From the NCBI RefSeq assembly GCF_000485595.1, contig NW_014577073.1:388427-451789 (forward strand): a DNA stretch of 63,363 nucleotides. Direction: 5' to 3'. Each line of letters opens with the position of its first letter. Within the stretch, counting starts at the first letter, position 1. The DNA comes from Priapulus caudatus. Taxonomy: Eukaryota. The position numbers and the translations under genes were made by a program. The notes beneath the pieces are model-generated. The model was not told the DNA's origin. It saw only the letters and a list, made by a program, of their open reading frames with translations, and made no database searches. Positions 20,563 through 34,400 of this stretch are shown one piece after another.

Positions 20563-22965
20563 TGTAATACCGTCGAAAGATGGATAAGTAAATATCTAGG
20601 AGTAATTTATTTTTCTGGGGTGGCATATATGGCCAGCTGTGCGAGGTCGCAACGCGGGAATAGACAGGACCGGGACAGGGTAGAAGTAGCCACTTATAGA
20701 CAAGCCTGCAGTACAGTAGAGTACAGTACAGTACGGACTGACGAGAGACAATAGGTAGGCGTGTCTACCTATGTCAGTATATAACCGCGTGTGCGACCAG
20801 AGAACGACACAGAGCGATAGTGTAATAGAAATACAGGCATATAACATCTTGGTTAAAGACAGCGACTGACAGCTTATACCTCGTAAGTTATGTGAGGTTA
20901 CTCGCGTAACTACACTGTAGGCATTTGCCACGTTATGAGCGGATGCTAGTTTAAGTAGTTTCAATTAAAGAGATTCATGAATACGTCATACTGTGCGTTA
21001 TCTATCATTCTTACATTCGTTCACATTGACGCTAGCAAGGGTGTATTAAACGCGCTCACCCACTTGCAACTCGGGAGAATAACGCTCCGATTGAAATGAA
21101 ACCGTTGGCGCGTACTAAGAATTAATGCAAGAATAGCAAAACTAGAATACCGCCAAGTCATAAGAATAGTAGCTACGTGCGCATGTTTTGTCAATGTGTT
21201 CACCGATAATGCACTAAATGGTTTACTATGTTACAATGTATTCACTATATTAACTATAATGCCACGCTGGACGCCGACTCTTATGCTTACCTATGTTTCA
21301 CGACACAATATCTGTACGTCGCATCCTTAAGAACGCACTAAATCACAGAGTTTTAATGCATATATGTACGTTTGTTGTATTCCATAGCACGCATGCTGTG
21401 AGTGGCCACTAACACCGTTTTCGTATTACGATCAACAATGGAATAACCATAGCCTTTTTAAAGCTAACATGAGCATCACCACGGAAACGCAGGCCACCTC
21501 CCCCTGCGATGACCGAGAAGATTCGTGAGGAAAAGCAAGCTGCAGCCGGCGCTGCAGCCAGTCAAGCACGCGAAGAGACCAACGACGCGGGGCGCCGTCC
21601 CACGAGCAGTGCAACGGCGCGGACGTGCAGAAAGAGCCGCCCCACCAAGCGGTAACTGCGAGCCGACCGCCGCGCCACCCACCGCGCGCCGCCCGACCGA
21701 CCGACGACGTTGCGCGACACAGTTCATCCGCAACGCCCCCCGCCCATCGCTGTGCACGCAGTGTACACGTGTGCCCGTGCGATCGCCGCCGTACACGCCA
21801 CACCGCCCGTTCGTCACAGTCAGCCGGGTCGTCACGCCAGGCCGGTGACCACCGCTACCATCGCTGCCGAGCTTCCGCTACGACAGAAGGACCCGAGGAA
21901 AGAAGAGGAGCGACGCTTCTACAGCGTGGTACCGCCTGAGGACCCAGATGACAGCTGTCGACACACCCCACGATGGACGGCCGAGGACCCCCACGAGACG
22001 GCGAGACCCCACGATGACGCGCGAGGACCACGACGACGACCACACGGACGACGCTGCAAGCGCCAGACTATTAATGTTTTTCTTTTTTGATGTGCGCAAG
22101 AAAACGAAAGAAAAGAAGATCGATAAAAGTAAAATAAAATAAAAAAAATAAGAGATAAAACTCAAATAAAAAGCAAACTGGGCTTAGTTACGTTAGTTAG
22201 TTAAGTTAAAGAGGTGATGGGTGCACTGAAAAAAAATCAAAATAATAAAATAACAGAACGAAAAATTCACAAGAAAGATATATAAAAATTAATATAAAAA
22301 CGTATTAAAAGTACAGCGTAACATTCGGCTTCTAAACAACGATGTTCGCGGGCATAGCCGTGCGGCTTCCAACTTTTTCCTTAAGGGGGGGATAATTAAT
22401 AGCCGCGAAAGACGAAAGTAAATATCTAGCAGTAATCCTATTGTTTCTGGGGGCATATATGGCAGCTGTGTGAGGTCGCAACGCGGATATAGACAGGACC
22501 GGACAGGTAGAAGTAGCCACTATAGACAACCTGCGTACGGACTGACGAGAGACAATAGTAGTGTCTACCTATGTCCGTATATAACCGCGTGTGCGACAGA
22601 GAACGACACAGAGCGATAGTGTAATAGAAATACAGGCATATATACATCTGTTAAGAGACTAGCGACTGACAAGCTTATACCTCTAAGTTATGTGAGGTTA
22701 CTCGCGTAAACTACACTTACCATTCGCCAAAACGTTATGCGGATCAGTTAAGTATTTCAATTAAAGTAGATTCATGAATACGTCATCCTGTCGTATCTAT
22801 CATTCTTACATCGTTCACATAGACCTAGCAAGGGTGATTAAACGGCGACCACCCCACTTGCAACTCGGGAGAATAACGCTCCGATTGAAATGAAACCGTG
22901 GCGCGTTACCAAGAATTATGCTAAGAAGTATGCAGACTATAAAAAGAAAATCTTGTGTGGTTATA
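20563..22965 (+). mobile_element. Second LTR family (element B): LTR - ORF4 homologue - PPT - LTR, lacking PBS/gag/pol/env
   Basis: LTR 20563-~21149 starting TGTAATAC; ORF4-like 21469-21939 (indels); PPT AAGGGGGGGATAA 22383-22395; 3' LTR 22396-22965; cleaner LTR end GTGTTACA at 23679-23686. Confidence 0.8.
21469..21939 (+). pseudogene. ORF4 homologue of element B, frameshifted (probably read errors; intact version at 48414)
   Basis: Aligns base by base to 48414-48866 with scattered single-base indels; retains LCTQCTRVP. Confidence 0.7.
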
Positions 22966-24439
22966 GCTCGATTAGTGCTCTAGTCACTCATACACACCAA
23001 CAACCACATTTGTTCATAAGTGCCCATCGCCTCGCAGTAACCAGATAAATACGGGCCTATAGGACAGAGAGGATCAACGGAAGAATCGAACACGACGAGG
23101 CATCTTCGGCACCCAATGAGTGGTTACCGATCTCCTAGTTAAACACAGGAGGCCATGCAAAAAATATAACGAAAATTACGTAAAATTAATGATAAAAAAC
23201 AGATCATCGTTTTCATTCACGTCCTGAACCAAGAAGCGTTGCACCTGTTCCACAGCAAACGTTTCACCACAAAGTTTTTCACTGGTACGATTATTAAGGG
23301 AAATCACACTACATCTAACCCCCTATTCGGTTCCGATTCACCTATTTTTGATATCGCGAACATTCCTCAACAACATGACTATCGGTAAACCAAGAGTTAA
23401 CTGACATGTACTTCTTACATTTGCATTTTTAAAATAGTATTATGATAGATTGTTAAAATTACACGCATGAAACAGGTAATAAGTGTGCGTAAAAACAGAT
23501 GTTCGGTAAGAAAAAAAAGATTCGTTACGAAATTCAGCTGCATGACATGAGTTCTCACGTCCTATATCGTCGCTTACGATNNNNNNNNNNNNNNNNNNNN
23601 NNNNNAAATGAAACCGTTGGCGCGTACTAAGAATTATGCTAAGAAGTATGCAGACTAGAATATAATGAAAATCTGTGTGTGTTACAGCTCGATTTAGTGC
23701 TCTAGTCTCCATACTCACCAACAATCACATTTGTTTTTCAGTGCCAATCGCCTCGCTGTAACCAGATGAATAGGGCCTATAGGGACTAGAGAAGACACGA
23801 AGAATCAACACGACTTCGAGGCATCTTCGAGCAGCAATTGAGTGGTTACCGATCTCTAGTTAAACACAGGAGCCATTGCAAAAAAATAACGAAAATTACG
23901 TAAAATTAATGATTAAAAACAGATCATTCGTTTTCATTCACTCCTGATACCAAGAGGCGTGCACTGTTCTCAGCAAACGTTTTCACAAAGTTTTCACTGG
24001 TACGATATTAGGGAAGATCACAATAATCTAACCCCCTATTCGGTTCGATTCACCTATTTTTGATATGAGCGAACATTCTCAACAACATGATTATCGCGTA
24101 AACCAAGAGTTAACTGTACATGTACTTCTTACATTTTCATTATTTAAATATTATTAGTGGATAGATTGGTTAAATTACAGCATGAAACAGGTAATATAGT
24201 GGTCGTAAAATAGATTGTTCGTTAAGATAAAAAAGATTCGTTACAATTATTCGCTGGCATGACATGTGTTCTCACGTCTATATCGTCGTTTACGATTGAA
24301 ATGCTTTGTAATAAAATTAATATACTCTAACTAAAATCTCCGAGGTATTTATTATTTACTAAAATCGCTTTAGATAATTCAGTAAAATGTACATTGCCGT
24401 GAATCACTGGTTGCGGTGGTGGGGATCGAACTCCACATG

Positions 24440-24875
24440 TAGAGCAAAATAAAGTAGAGCAGTGGAGCAGTATAGCTGTAGAGCTATAGAGCAGTAGAGC
24501 AGAGTATAGAGGAGTAGAGTACAGTGCAGTAGAGCAGTATAGTAGAAGAGTACAGTGCAGTAGAGCAGAGTAGAATGCAGGAGTTGTTGTTGTTGTTGTT
24601 GTAGAAGTTGTTGTTGCGTGGACCTTGACCCTGACCTTGACCGTGACATTGTCCTTGAACGTGGCCTCGACCAATTTTCCCATTTCTAAACTTTCAGTGG
24701 CCTTGAGTTCAAGGCCACGGCCTTGGGCTCAAGGCCATTACATTTTCCAATTTCTAAAATTTTCAGTGGCCTTGAGCCATGGCCTCAAGGCCATTACATT
24801 TTCCAATTTTAAAATTGCTCCATAACTCGGCCAAGGCCACAGCCTTGAGCTCAAGGCCATATCCTTGAGCCATTT
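24440..24875. repeat. Short tandem arrays (AGAGCAGT)n, (GTT)n and GGCCTTGAGC/CAAGGCC inverted-repeat cluster
   Basis: Directly visible periodic motifs. Confidence 0.7.
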
Positions 24876-25309
24876 TCAAAATGTTTACATCACTCGATTA
24901 TAGTCATGGTCATGGTCAAGTTGTGTTTACATTTCGCCTAACAACATGATTCTCGAAAATATCTTTCCGTGGTAATTGACAAGATTTGAACCGGGAATTA
25001 TTGAGTACCAGCCCAGCACGCTACGCTTGCACCCAAACTCACCATTTCTTATATGGTCGGATCCAATCTATGTGTTACATTTGGTTTACCAACAGTTAAC
25101 AGAAAATTTTACTCTGTTCCCCGGCAAGAATTGAACTCACGACAACTGTCTAACAGTCCAACACGTTACGCACTCACCTATACTTACAATTTAAATATTT
25201 TGATCTTAGATGTGTGCGTTCATTAAGAACAAATGATAAGAATGAATTCATCGCCTAGTATATATTTCAAGGCGAATATTTTTATTTATAAACAGAATAG
25301 AACTCCTTG

Positions 25310-25394
25310 TGCAGTTCACACACATACACACGCACACGCACACAGGAACGCACGCACGCGCGCACACACGCACGCACACACACACGCACGCGCG

Positions 25395-25428
<34 letters not shown>

Positions 25429-28400
25429 AAGTTTTCATCATTAATTTTTTCACGTGTTCTACCGAGTTCTTTGACCTAAAAAATTCTTATTATTGTATTG
25501 TTAATTGAAGTGTATGCTTAGGATAATTTTTGTTTCCCATCGGGTTCCTGGAATAAATTCAAAACAGGTATATGATACCTAGATCCTGGTACCGTGGCAC
25601 GTATAGCCATTTTATGGCAAAAGAAATGCGTTTGTGGCAAGCCATTTTGATTTTAAATTTTTTTGGCGGGAAGATGTTATGATAGATCACATGTGGTTCT
25701 ATAACCGTTTTCTATTGGGGTCATTGACCTCTAAAAAACACATGTATAGAGACCAAGTCATGGTACTTGGGGGCCACTTACAGCTGATTTATCGGCCAAA
25801 CTGGGTTTTGTGAGCGGCGTTTTGAATTTGCAACTTTTGGCGGCGAAGATATATCTTATGATTTTGACATGGTTTGATTGCTTCTTTGACTTCAAAAAAC
25901 ATAGGCTATAGGCCACCAAGATCATTTAATCGAGCACTTACAGCTGATTTATGGGCAAAAACATGTTTTCTGCCGTGGCCCATTTTTTATTTTTGGATTT
26001 TTTGCGGGAAACGTTGGGTGGACATCGCGGGTTTCCCGAAATTTTTGAAATCGGCATACTCAAAAACCCCCTAGGGCAAACTTTTCATGCTTCTTTCAGA
26101 ATGTGCACACTCAGACACATATCCGCCTCACTGATGTATTATGTTCGATTCCCACAGGTATCCCAGCGAATTCGTAAAAACTGTAAAGGAAAGGTCCGTG
26201 ATCATATCTTCAAACATTTTCTAGACAGAATACAAAAATATGCCATATATATCAGTTCCAGTTTATTTTTGTACTCTAAGCCTGTTTTTAGGCAATTAAA
26301 TTTCAGCTCGTTTCCATGTCCGGACTCCGGAAACACTCCGCGATTTTAGGACATGCGCAGATCTTCGAGTCAGAGCTTAACTAGCTTGGATCCATATCCA
26401 ATTGTTTGTTACATGGTTAGAGTAATTGCTGCAAAGTTTCTGCTTTTTATCACAAAAGTGAACAATTCAGCTAGTTTTTTGCGACGATAGCAGCCTGTAA
26501 CTAATATGAGGCATCGTGCTGATCGTGTTGATTGTGAGTAGACACCAGGGCGCGTGATGCAGGGGGGGGGTCAGGGGTCCGGACCCCCCCCCCGCTCGGC
26601 AGAAAACGCATCTAAGGGCGGTCTAATTATCACAAAAATTTGTCAGGGGGAGAAAGCTACCCACGGACCCCCTTCGCCGTGCTTCGCACTTTGGGTTATG
26701 GGTTAGACCCCCCCTGGTACAGAATTCTGTTACAACGCCCTGAGACATAGGCCTAAACTTATATGAGTAACACCGTACCCTGTATTACTTGGTTAATGAG
26801 AGGTTTTAACAATTAAAATACATGTATTAAATTCTCAAACTTATGTCAGAAATTTTAGTTTTCATTTTAGTTATCAATTCAACTCAACAAATATTGTACA
26901 TTTCGTTCGTTTTGTCTTTATTTTTATCAGGGTGGATTTCATGCGACGTGGTAGTTTGTTGGTATAATGTAAAGATGAAATTAGTAACTATTGTTAATAC
27001 TTTCTAGTTTGGACCAATGGCTTCTCGAGCAAATACTAAACTTCAAACAAAAATGCCGGTTGCAAGCATAATGTCGCCGATCAAACTGTTTCACATCTAC
27101 AGTACACTGTAGCTTGCCCAGAGACAACAAACACGCAACGCAATGCCGCCGCACGCATATATACTACACAGCACACACACACATACACACGCACACCACA
27201 CACACACGCACGTCACGCACTCACGCACGCACGCCACTGCACGCACGCACGCGACGCAGCGCGCCGCACACACACACAACACACACCGTATCAACGGTCG
27301 AGTTCTGTTCGATTGAGATTTTGACTATTAAATATCGAAGTTAGTGTATAAATACAGCATACAATATTTGAGAAGTTTTATTTACTTTTGGTTAATCTAA
27401 TTAGGCGCCCTAGATTGGTTTGTATAAGATCAAATAGGTTAAAATAACCGTAATACACAACCGTACCTTGTCAATATTGTTCGGATTAGAATTTTTAGTA
27501 TTAATGTAATAAGAGAGTTCACTAATACTTATTGAGAAGTTGGAGTTTGATTTTTGGCTATCTGTAGGTTTTTGGCTTTCAAATCAAAACTGTCGTTCAT
27601 GCTTCGTCTTTTGTCTTATTTTTACAGGTTGAAGCTCATCGACGTGCGGTTAGTTGGCACACGGCTGGATTATCGCCCTTAAAAGTAAGCAATATTAAGG
27701 AATTTATTAGTATAACTGCTAATTGCCAGAGATTCAATCAAATGTAAGGAGAAATTTCTATGCCTTATTTGTAAATGTCCGCGGCAGTGTTGTGTACTCC
27801 ACGCTTAAACTACTGTAATAGCCAACTAGACTGTATGTGAAGATAAAACAATTTTCTAAACTTTTCTATTGTAAATTAAGTGATAAAATCGGCTTCGTGT
27901 AATAAGGAATAAATCTTATACAGAAGTTAGAAGATTACGCGGAGAATAGCTCATTAACATAAATATAGACAAGGGTTTGTTCTCTGCGGGAGGCAGGCGT
28001 AGGCGTATCGACCTGCGCTTAGGGAACGAAAACAAAGGAAGGTTTAGTCACGTGCTCGACAGGGTCACGGCGGGCGGCAGTGCCAGCTGGGAGAGAGCGA
28101 TTTAGGACAAGCAAACGCAGCGGGGTATAAAACGGGGAGCCGGGAACACCCGACTAATTGATCTCGAGTTAGCGACACGTCACGTTTACTGATTACCGTT
28201 GCCTACAATCTAGATTACCTTAATATGTAGTTTCTGTGTTCTATGTCGCCGTACCTATCTTGTATTTCGTCGGCTCATTTCCGTGGCGCAATATTATATG
28301 TAGAGTCAAGCTTGGAATAGTAAAGATGTTGTTGTCTGAAATATAGTATCTAGCGTTTTTGTGCTTTATATGATAGTTGTGCCGACGGTACGTCCTAATA

Positions 28401-31400
28401 CACTACGCTTACTACTTAGGGACCGATCACGGATAACGAGAGAGTAGGAACGGTTATTACAGATTGTGCGAAGTGACCATGCGTATTGAAGATCTCGTTG
28501 CCTAGCACAGTATGTTTATGTGTGTTTCGTGTATATGAAATGGTGTGTTCTTGTTTGAGATATTGTAAGTCGCCGAGGGTGCATTGACGGGTCGAACTAC
28601 GACTCGAATGCACTTCATTCCGATATCACGTCTGCGTCTTACGGACCTACGTATCGCGCTAATATGTAGTGCCATGAATTTGTTTATAATCTATGGAGCT
28701 CGCCTTATAGTTGTGACTATATTTGCTCGCGGAATTTATTATGTTGTTGTTTGGAGTACGTTGGGGGAGTACGGACGCTTGTTTGACGGCGATGACGTTT
28801 TAATATACGTTCAAATGGCGCCAAGCGGGGCGACGCTTGATCCTTTGTTTGGCGAATTTATCTGATTTGAATACGACAACCAATTTTGACTAAATGCGAC
28901 TTCAGACGGCCTACCGCTCGACTGGGCCGCTTTGGAAATTCACTTTACCTGATTCGAGTTCAAATTTATTGCTCAAGGAGATGGCAATCATTAGTGTTAT
29001 AGGCGGTATCTACATTCGACGGCACAGATATTCTCTGATATCTTTGGCGAATGGCTGGTTCATTTGCGGACAGTTGCTTTTTGATTTTAAACGGCGATGA
29101 TGTGTTCGTAGAGTACGCCTTAGACCTCTAGGCTTCTCCAGGCGAACCAGCGCAGATATTGCCGATGTCATGAGCGTAACCAGCAAATCAGCTGGGATTC
29201 ATGTTTCGCACAAATTATTTCGGCAAGATCGCGGAGCGGCACAGCCGCCGTAATGCGAATCAAAAATTTAAAGAAAGCGAGCGACAAAAACACGCTGTGA
29301 AGCTATTCAGCTTTGCGAAGCGTTTAGAGGGCGAGTTCACGCATAGCGTTTGGGGTTCAGCTTGAGACGGATGGTGGATGCATAATGAACGTTGAACGGA
29401 TCAGTTTGTGGACGGACTTTCTCAGTGATGCTCTGCGGGCAGAAAATTATTATAGAAAAAACCTCACGACGGAATTGAAACCTGACCGGGAACCGGACCG
29501 CGTCCTGCTCCTGCTCCTGCTCCTCTGCCTTCTGTCCCTCTGGGTTCGTTGATCGCTTCTCGTTGTGTGTGGCGCAGCTCGACGTCGTCTGCTTCCTGCT
29601 CTGTTAGTTTAATTTGAAACAATATCGCGATTCGCATTTTCGACCCTTTCGATACACATATGGTAGGGCTATATTTCGCTAATGATCTGGCCATCACAAC
29701 GCTTCAGGTTTTTGCAACTTCGGTGATGTTAGCAAGATTTCAGTGGGTAAATGATCACAGATTATTCGTAAAGGCTTACTGCCAGCTAAAAAATGCCTGC
29801 TTTTCGTGTGCAAACACTATAGCTAAAGCTTCACTTCGGCGTTGGCCACCTCGCCTGTGTAGGAGTTAACTAGCATATATATAAATGACAACTCTGTGCC
29901 CACTGCGCATCCTTTTGGCAATACAGCTCACGGGTATGCACCTAGCATCTGCTATTACAAGAATAATGGTTCATAAACTTGCGGACTAAGCGAGACATTT
30001 GCGTGCTGTCAACAACGCCTGTTTTAATGCGTCGAAGCACGCTGCGCATCGTCATTCCCACAAACGTGCGTGCTTCTTGGTGAGGTGAGGCAACAGCTTT
30101 GCCAAATCCTTAATGTTGATTTCTATATAAGTGCATTCGAGAGCGACGATGTTGCTTGACTGTCGGTGGGCTCCTTCATCGCTTGAATGGCTGCGACTGT
30201 GAAGCGGATTGGCTTCACTCGCTCCCTGCTTGAATCATCATGTCCTAAGATACTAACAGATTGCTTAGAAATTACATTAGACGGATTTAATGTTAAACGC
30301 GCTTCACGCAGACGGATCGAACACTACCTGTATATCTATAAGATGTTGCTCAAGTTCGGAAGTGTACCACGATATCGTTCATATACGTACAGAATCTCTC
30401 CGTAGCTCCTTTTAAACACGTTATGTAAAGTTGGCTGAAAGACACTAGGGCGATTTTTCAAGCAAATGGACGAAATGGTAGATGTTACGTAAACTTATGC
30501 GTGATGATAGCCGCTCTTGTGTTGGTCGTCAGGATGCCACAGGTAGTCTTGAATAATACTCTTTGCAAATCCAACGTGTAAAATATTTGCATTGGCCTAA
30601 TGAACCAAAATATCTTCAATCCTTTGGGTAACGGATACCACGATGGCTTCAGTAACTTGCCGTTAAGAGCCCGGCCTAATCGGCGCGCCAATCGGACGGT
30701 AGAGCTTGCCTTTCTTAGGTACGATAAACACGGGCGTCGTCCAATCACTTTGGGGCTTCTGAAATTTATTTCCGTTTCAACAAAGCAGTTGATATGCTCC
30801 GTATGATCGTATAATAATAATGCCTTTATTTACCAGCGTCTATACAGTCTACAAGGTATGCTGTTGATGGGGACACGGACATTAGCTTGTGCTGCTGCAG
30901 ACGGACTATTTTCGGACTAAATATTTTTACCACGTTGGATTGCAAGAGTGGTTATTTCAGATACCTGTGCATCCTGACGACCACACAAGACGGCTTATCA
31001 TCACGCATAAGTTACGTGACAGTTCTCCATTTTGTCCCATTTAGCTTGAAAAATTCGCTAGTGTCTTTCAGCAACTGCTTAAATACGTGTTAAAGGGGTT
31101 ACGGCAGGATGTGAATGTCCCGTATATCGGACGATATCGCTGGTACACTCCCTGATCGTTTGAAGCAACATCTTATAGATACAGGTTAGTGTTCTCATGT
31201 TGCGTGAAAGCGCGTTTAACATTTAAATCGTCTAAGTGTGAATTTCTTTTAAGCATCTGTTAGTCTATTTAGGGACATGTGATCAGCAGGGACGGAGTTG
31301 AAGCCAGATCCGCTTAACAGTCGCAGCCATATCAAGATGAAGGAGCCCACGACAGTCAAGCAAGCGCATCGGTGTTCTCGAATGGGCTATTATTATAGAA

Positions 31401-34400
31401 ATCAGAAACAATTTTGTAGGGATTTGCAAAGCTGGATTGCGCCGTTACCCAACCTCACCAAGAACACTCACGGTTTGTGTGGAATGGCGATGCGCAGCGT
31501 CGCTTGACGCATTAAATACAGGCAGTGATGTGACAGCACCAATTCTCGCTTTATCCGCCAGTTTTAATGACCCTTGATTTCTGTGTATACAGATTGTAGT
31601 GCTATGCCGTCGGGCAAGCGTATTGTCGCAAAAGGATGCGCAGGGGCCGAGGTTGTCTATACATTCATATATTAGTGCTAGGTTAACTCAACACAGGCGA
31701 GGTGTGCAACTGTTCGAACGTGAGCTTGTGCTAAGGTTTGCGCTAACAAAGCAGGCATTTTTTGTAGCGGCAGTAGATTTACGATAATCTGTGTATTTAC
31801 ACTGAAATTCTTGCTAAATCACCGAAGTTGCAAAACCCGAAGCTGTGTTCCGATGGCATGGATCATTGCTGGTATTTATTGCCCTTATCTTATTGTGTAT
31901 CGAAAGGGGGTTCGTCTGAAATGCGAATGCTGAGTTTTGTTGTTCAAGATTAACTACAGGCAGGAAGCAGACGAAGTCGGATGCTCGCACAACACGGAGA
32001 GCGATCAAACCGGAACCAGAGGGACCGTTTTCAGGAGTAGTATTAATACAGTGCATGCAGAACCGAGGACAAGGGCAGAAACGCAGGACACCGGCGCAGG
32101 TCAAGGGCGTCGAGGCGCACCTGTGGAGACGCCCACAGTACAGAGGGAGTAGTCCAGGTATGACAACATACAATCCTAAAGCACACAGCGGCACCTTGGG
32201 GGCGTAGGAGGAAGGAAAGGACGGTCGAGAGTGCCATTACGCAGCCTGGCAAAACGCGCGCTCAGCTCAGAGGAGACACTGCGATAGAGGAGGCGGCATT
32301 CGTCCTGAACATTACGACACCGCCAAACGAAGTGGCTTTGCTTACAGCGGGACATTCCAGGGGCCAAAAAAAATTGCCAATCGCAACTGACAGTGCTGCA
32401 TTCATCTTAGTCGAGAATTTTGGAGCAAGCAATGCAAGACCCGCTATTTATACAAGATACATGTGGGCATTGACATCACGGATGCTACATTAAGGATTTA
32501 ACGTTGCTGACTAATTACATGATTTTAGGACGATTATTTGCAGCATATCACAGGAGGCACAGCAACACGGACCTAGCGTGCAGCTGGTAGCTACCCACCT
32601 ATCGCGTTATAATGGAGTATCATCACGTACATCTTTAGTGCGACATTTGGCTTCGCCAAACATATTGCTAGGATCAAGGAGGATTATTGGCCAATGGTAT
32701 TCAACGTTTACGATTATGTACGCAGTTGCCTCATCTGTTAAATCACGCAAAGTAACCTATCGTACGTTCACTTTAGCAGCGGACGCATACGCGCAGGGCG
32801 CCTTTTGAAGTGATAGCGGTGACACATTGCAGTTCTCAGCGACGCTCGCGTGGTAATCGTAGGCTAATTCATTTTCGCGATTTATATACGAGCTGGGCCC
32901 CGGCGATGTTTATGCGGTTAAGATAAATCAGCGAAAACAGTGGTTGACGAATCTCTTGATTAACGAAATCATCCCGAGACATTCTTGTCCCCGGGCGAGG
33001 ATTTTTTTCGATTAATTGGCACGGAGTTTTGCAATAAAGATAATGGATAAAGTAACAGACATTTCCAGATAAAAGCCATAACGTGCGACCATATTATCCT
33101 GCTTTTATGGGGCAAACGACGCTTCACATAGTTTTGAACTCGATGTTGCTCGCCATTGTGACGCGTGCACGGACGTCATGGGACTTTGTTGTTGCCACTA
33201 TTGTTAGGTATTCGTCCGCTATCAATACTACGGCGCATCATAGTCCTTGTCTATTTGTTGTCGGCCGAGCACCGGGTATTGCCTATGGATAATTTGTTAT
33301 TACCACAGAAGGGAAGGTACGATGAGGAACGAGTTTCGCATGCTCTGGAGAGATATCCACCGGTATGTGCACAGTGCGAACCGCCACGCAGAGATGAGCG
33401 CCATAAGAAGCTTTTACGGACAAGGGCGAGGCTTCATGCAGTTCTGGGTTGGAGATCCAGATTTCTACACGACCCGCGTACTGAGCCAGAAACCGAGCAA
33501 TAGCTAAATAGCCCGTGGAAAGCATATTATACGCGTCTCAAAGTAAGAACACTTAAGAAATTTCTTTTGCAACACAAAACGACGACATTGCCAGGTCACC
33601 TTCCCATGTGATAACATCCGAGCGCCTATCCGTGGTTGCGCTGGGACAACGCGAGGAGAGGTCACGACCAGACCTGAGGAGAGCAGAGCTGAAGTATCCT
33701 GAAGCAGAGCTGAAGTTAGTCCTGAGCATAGCGGCGAAGCGCTACTGAAGCAGCAAGGAAGCAACCTAAGGGAGCGATACCACGACAGGAGTACAGGAAA
33801 CACCTGCCGCCTATTCTACGGGGAGCGAAGCTTGCCATATCCAGTGACGATTTCGGCATTCAGCGGGATGAAGCCATGCATCAGAGACAGAGGGCTTCAT
33901 CTCAGAGTAGCTATAGCGATAGGGGTTAGCGATCTTTTACCATAGCACGGTTGGTGCAATCGCCGTTGCAGTATCATCTACGGCGCGGCCTCCCACTCGG
34001 ACACCTCTGATCAAGGACTGTACGAGTTAGGCAGGAAGTCAAGCGACTCAGCAACTCACAATGATGCACAGGACCGGGAGCCTGCGGTGGCTTATGACAC
34101 CATGCGACACATTAGGGAGGCCATGACGATGGCACACCGGTCGTTATAGTCATAGGAAAGGGGAGGTATCAATTCAGTGGCTACCTTCGTTTCAGCTCGA
34201 ACTTCGAGCGACCGCTAGAGACAAGGAATCCTTCGATGGGAGACCTTGGCAGTATTCACCGTCAACTTACAGTACACAGCATGAGTGAAATATCACAGGA
34301 CTTCTAAGAACCTGTTGCTTTGCGGGACAGTGCGAGCAGGGGAAGGGTTTACACTTGGCACTACGTAAAATGAGGTCGACTAAATAATTTCTTTCCTTGT

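Noticed and set aside
24960..25190. tRNA-like reverse-strand segments
   Set aside because: Only degenerate B-box-like motifs and no cloverleaf; at most SINE relics
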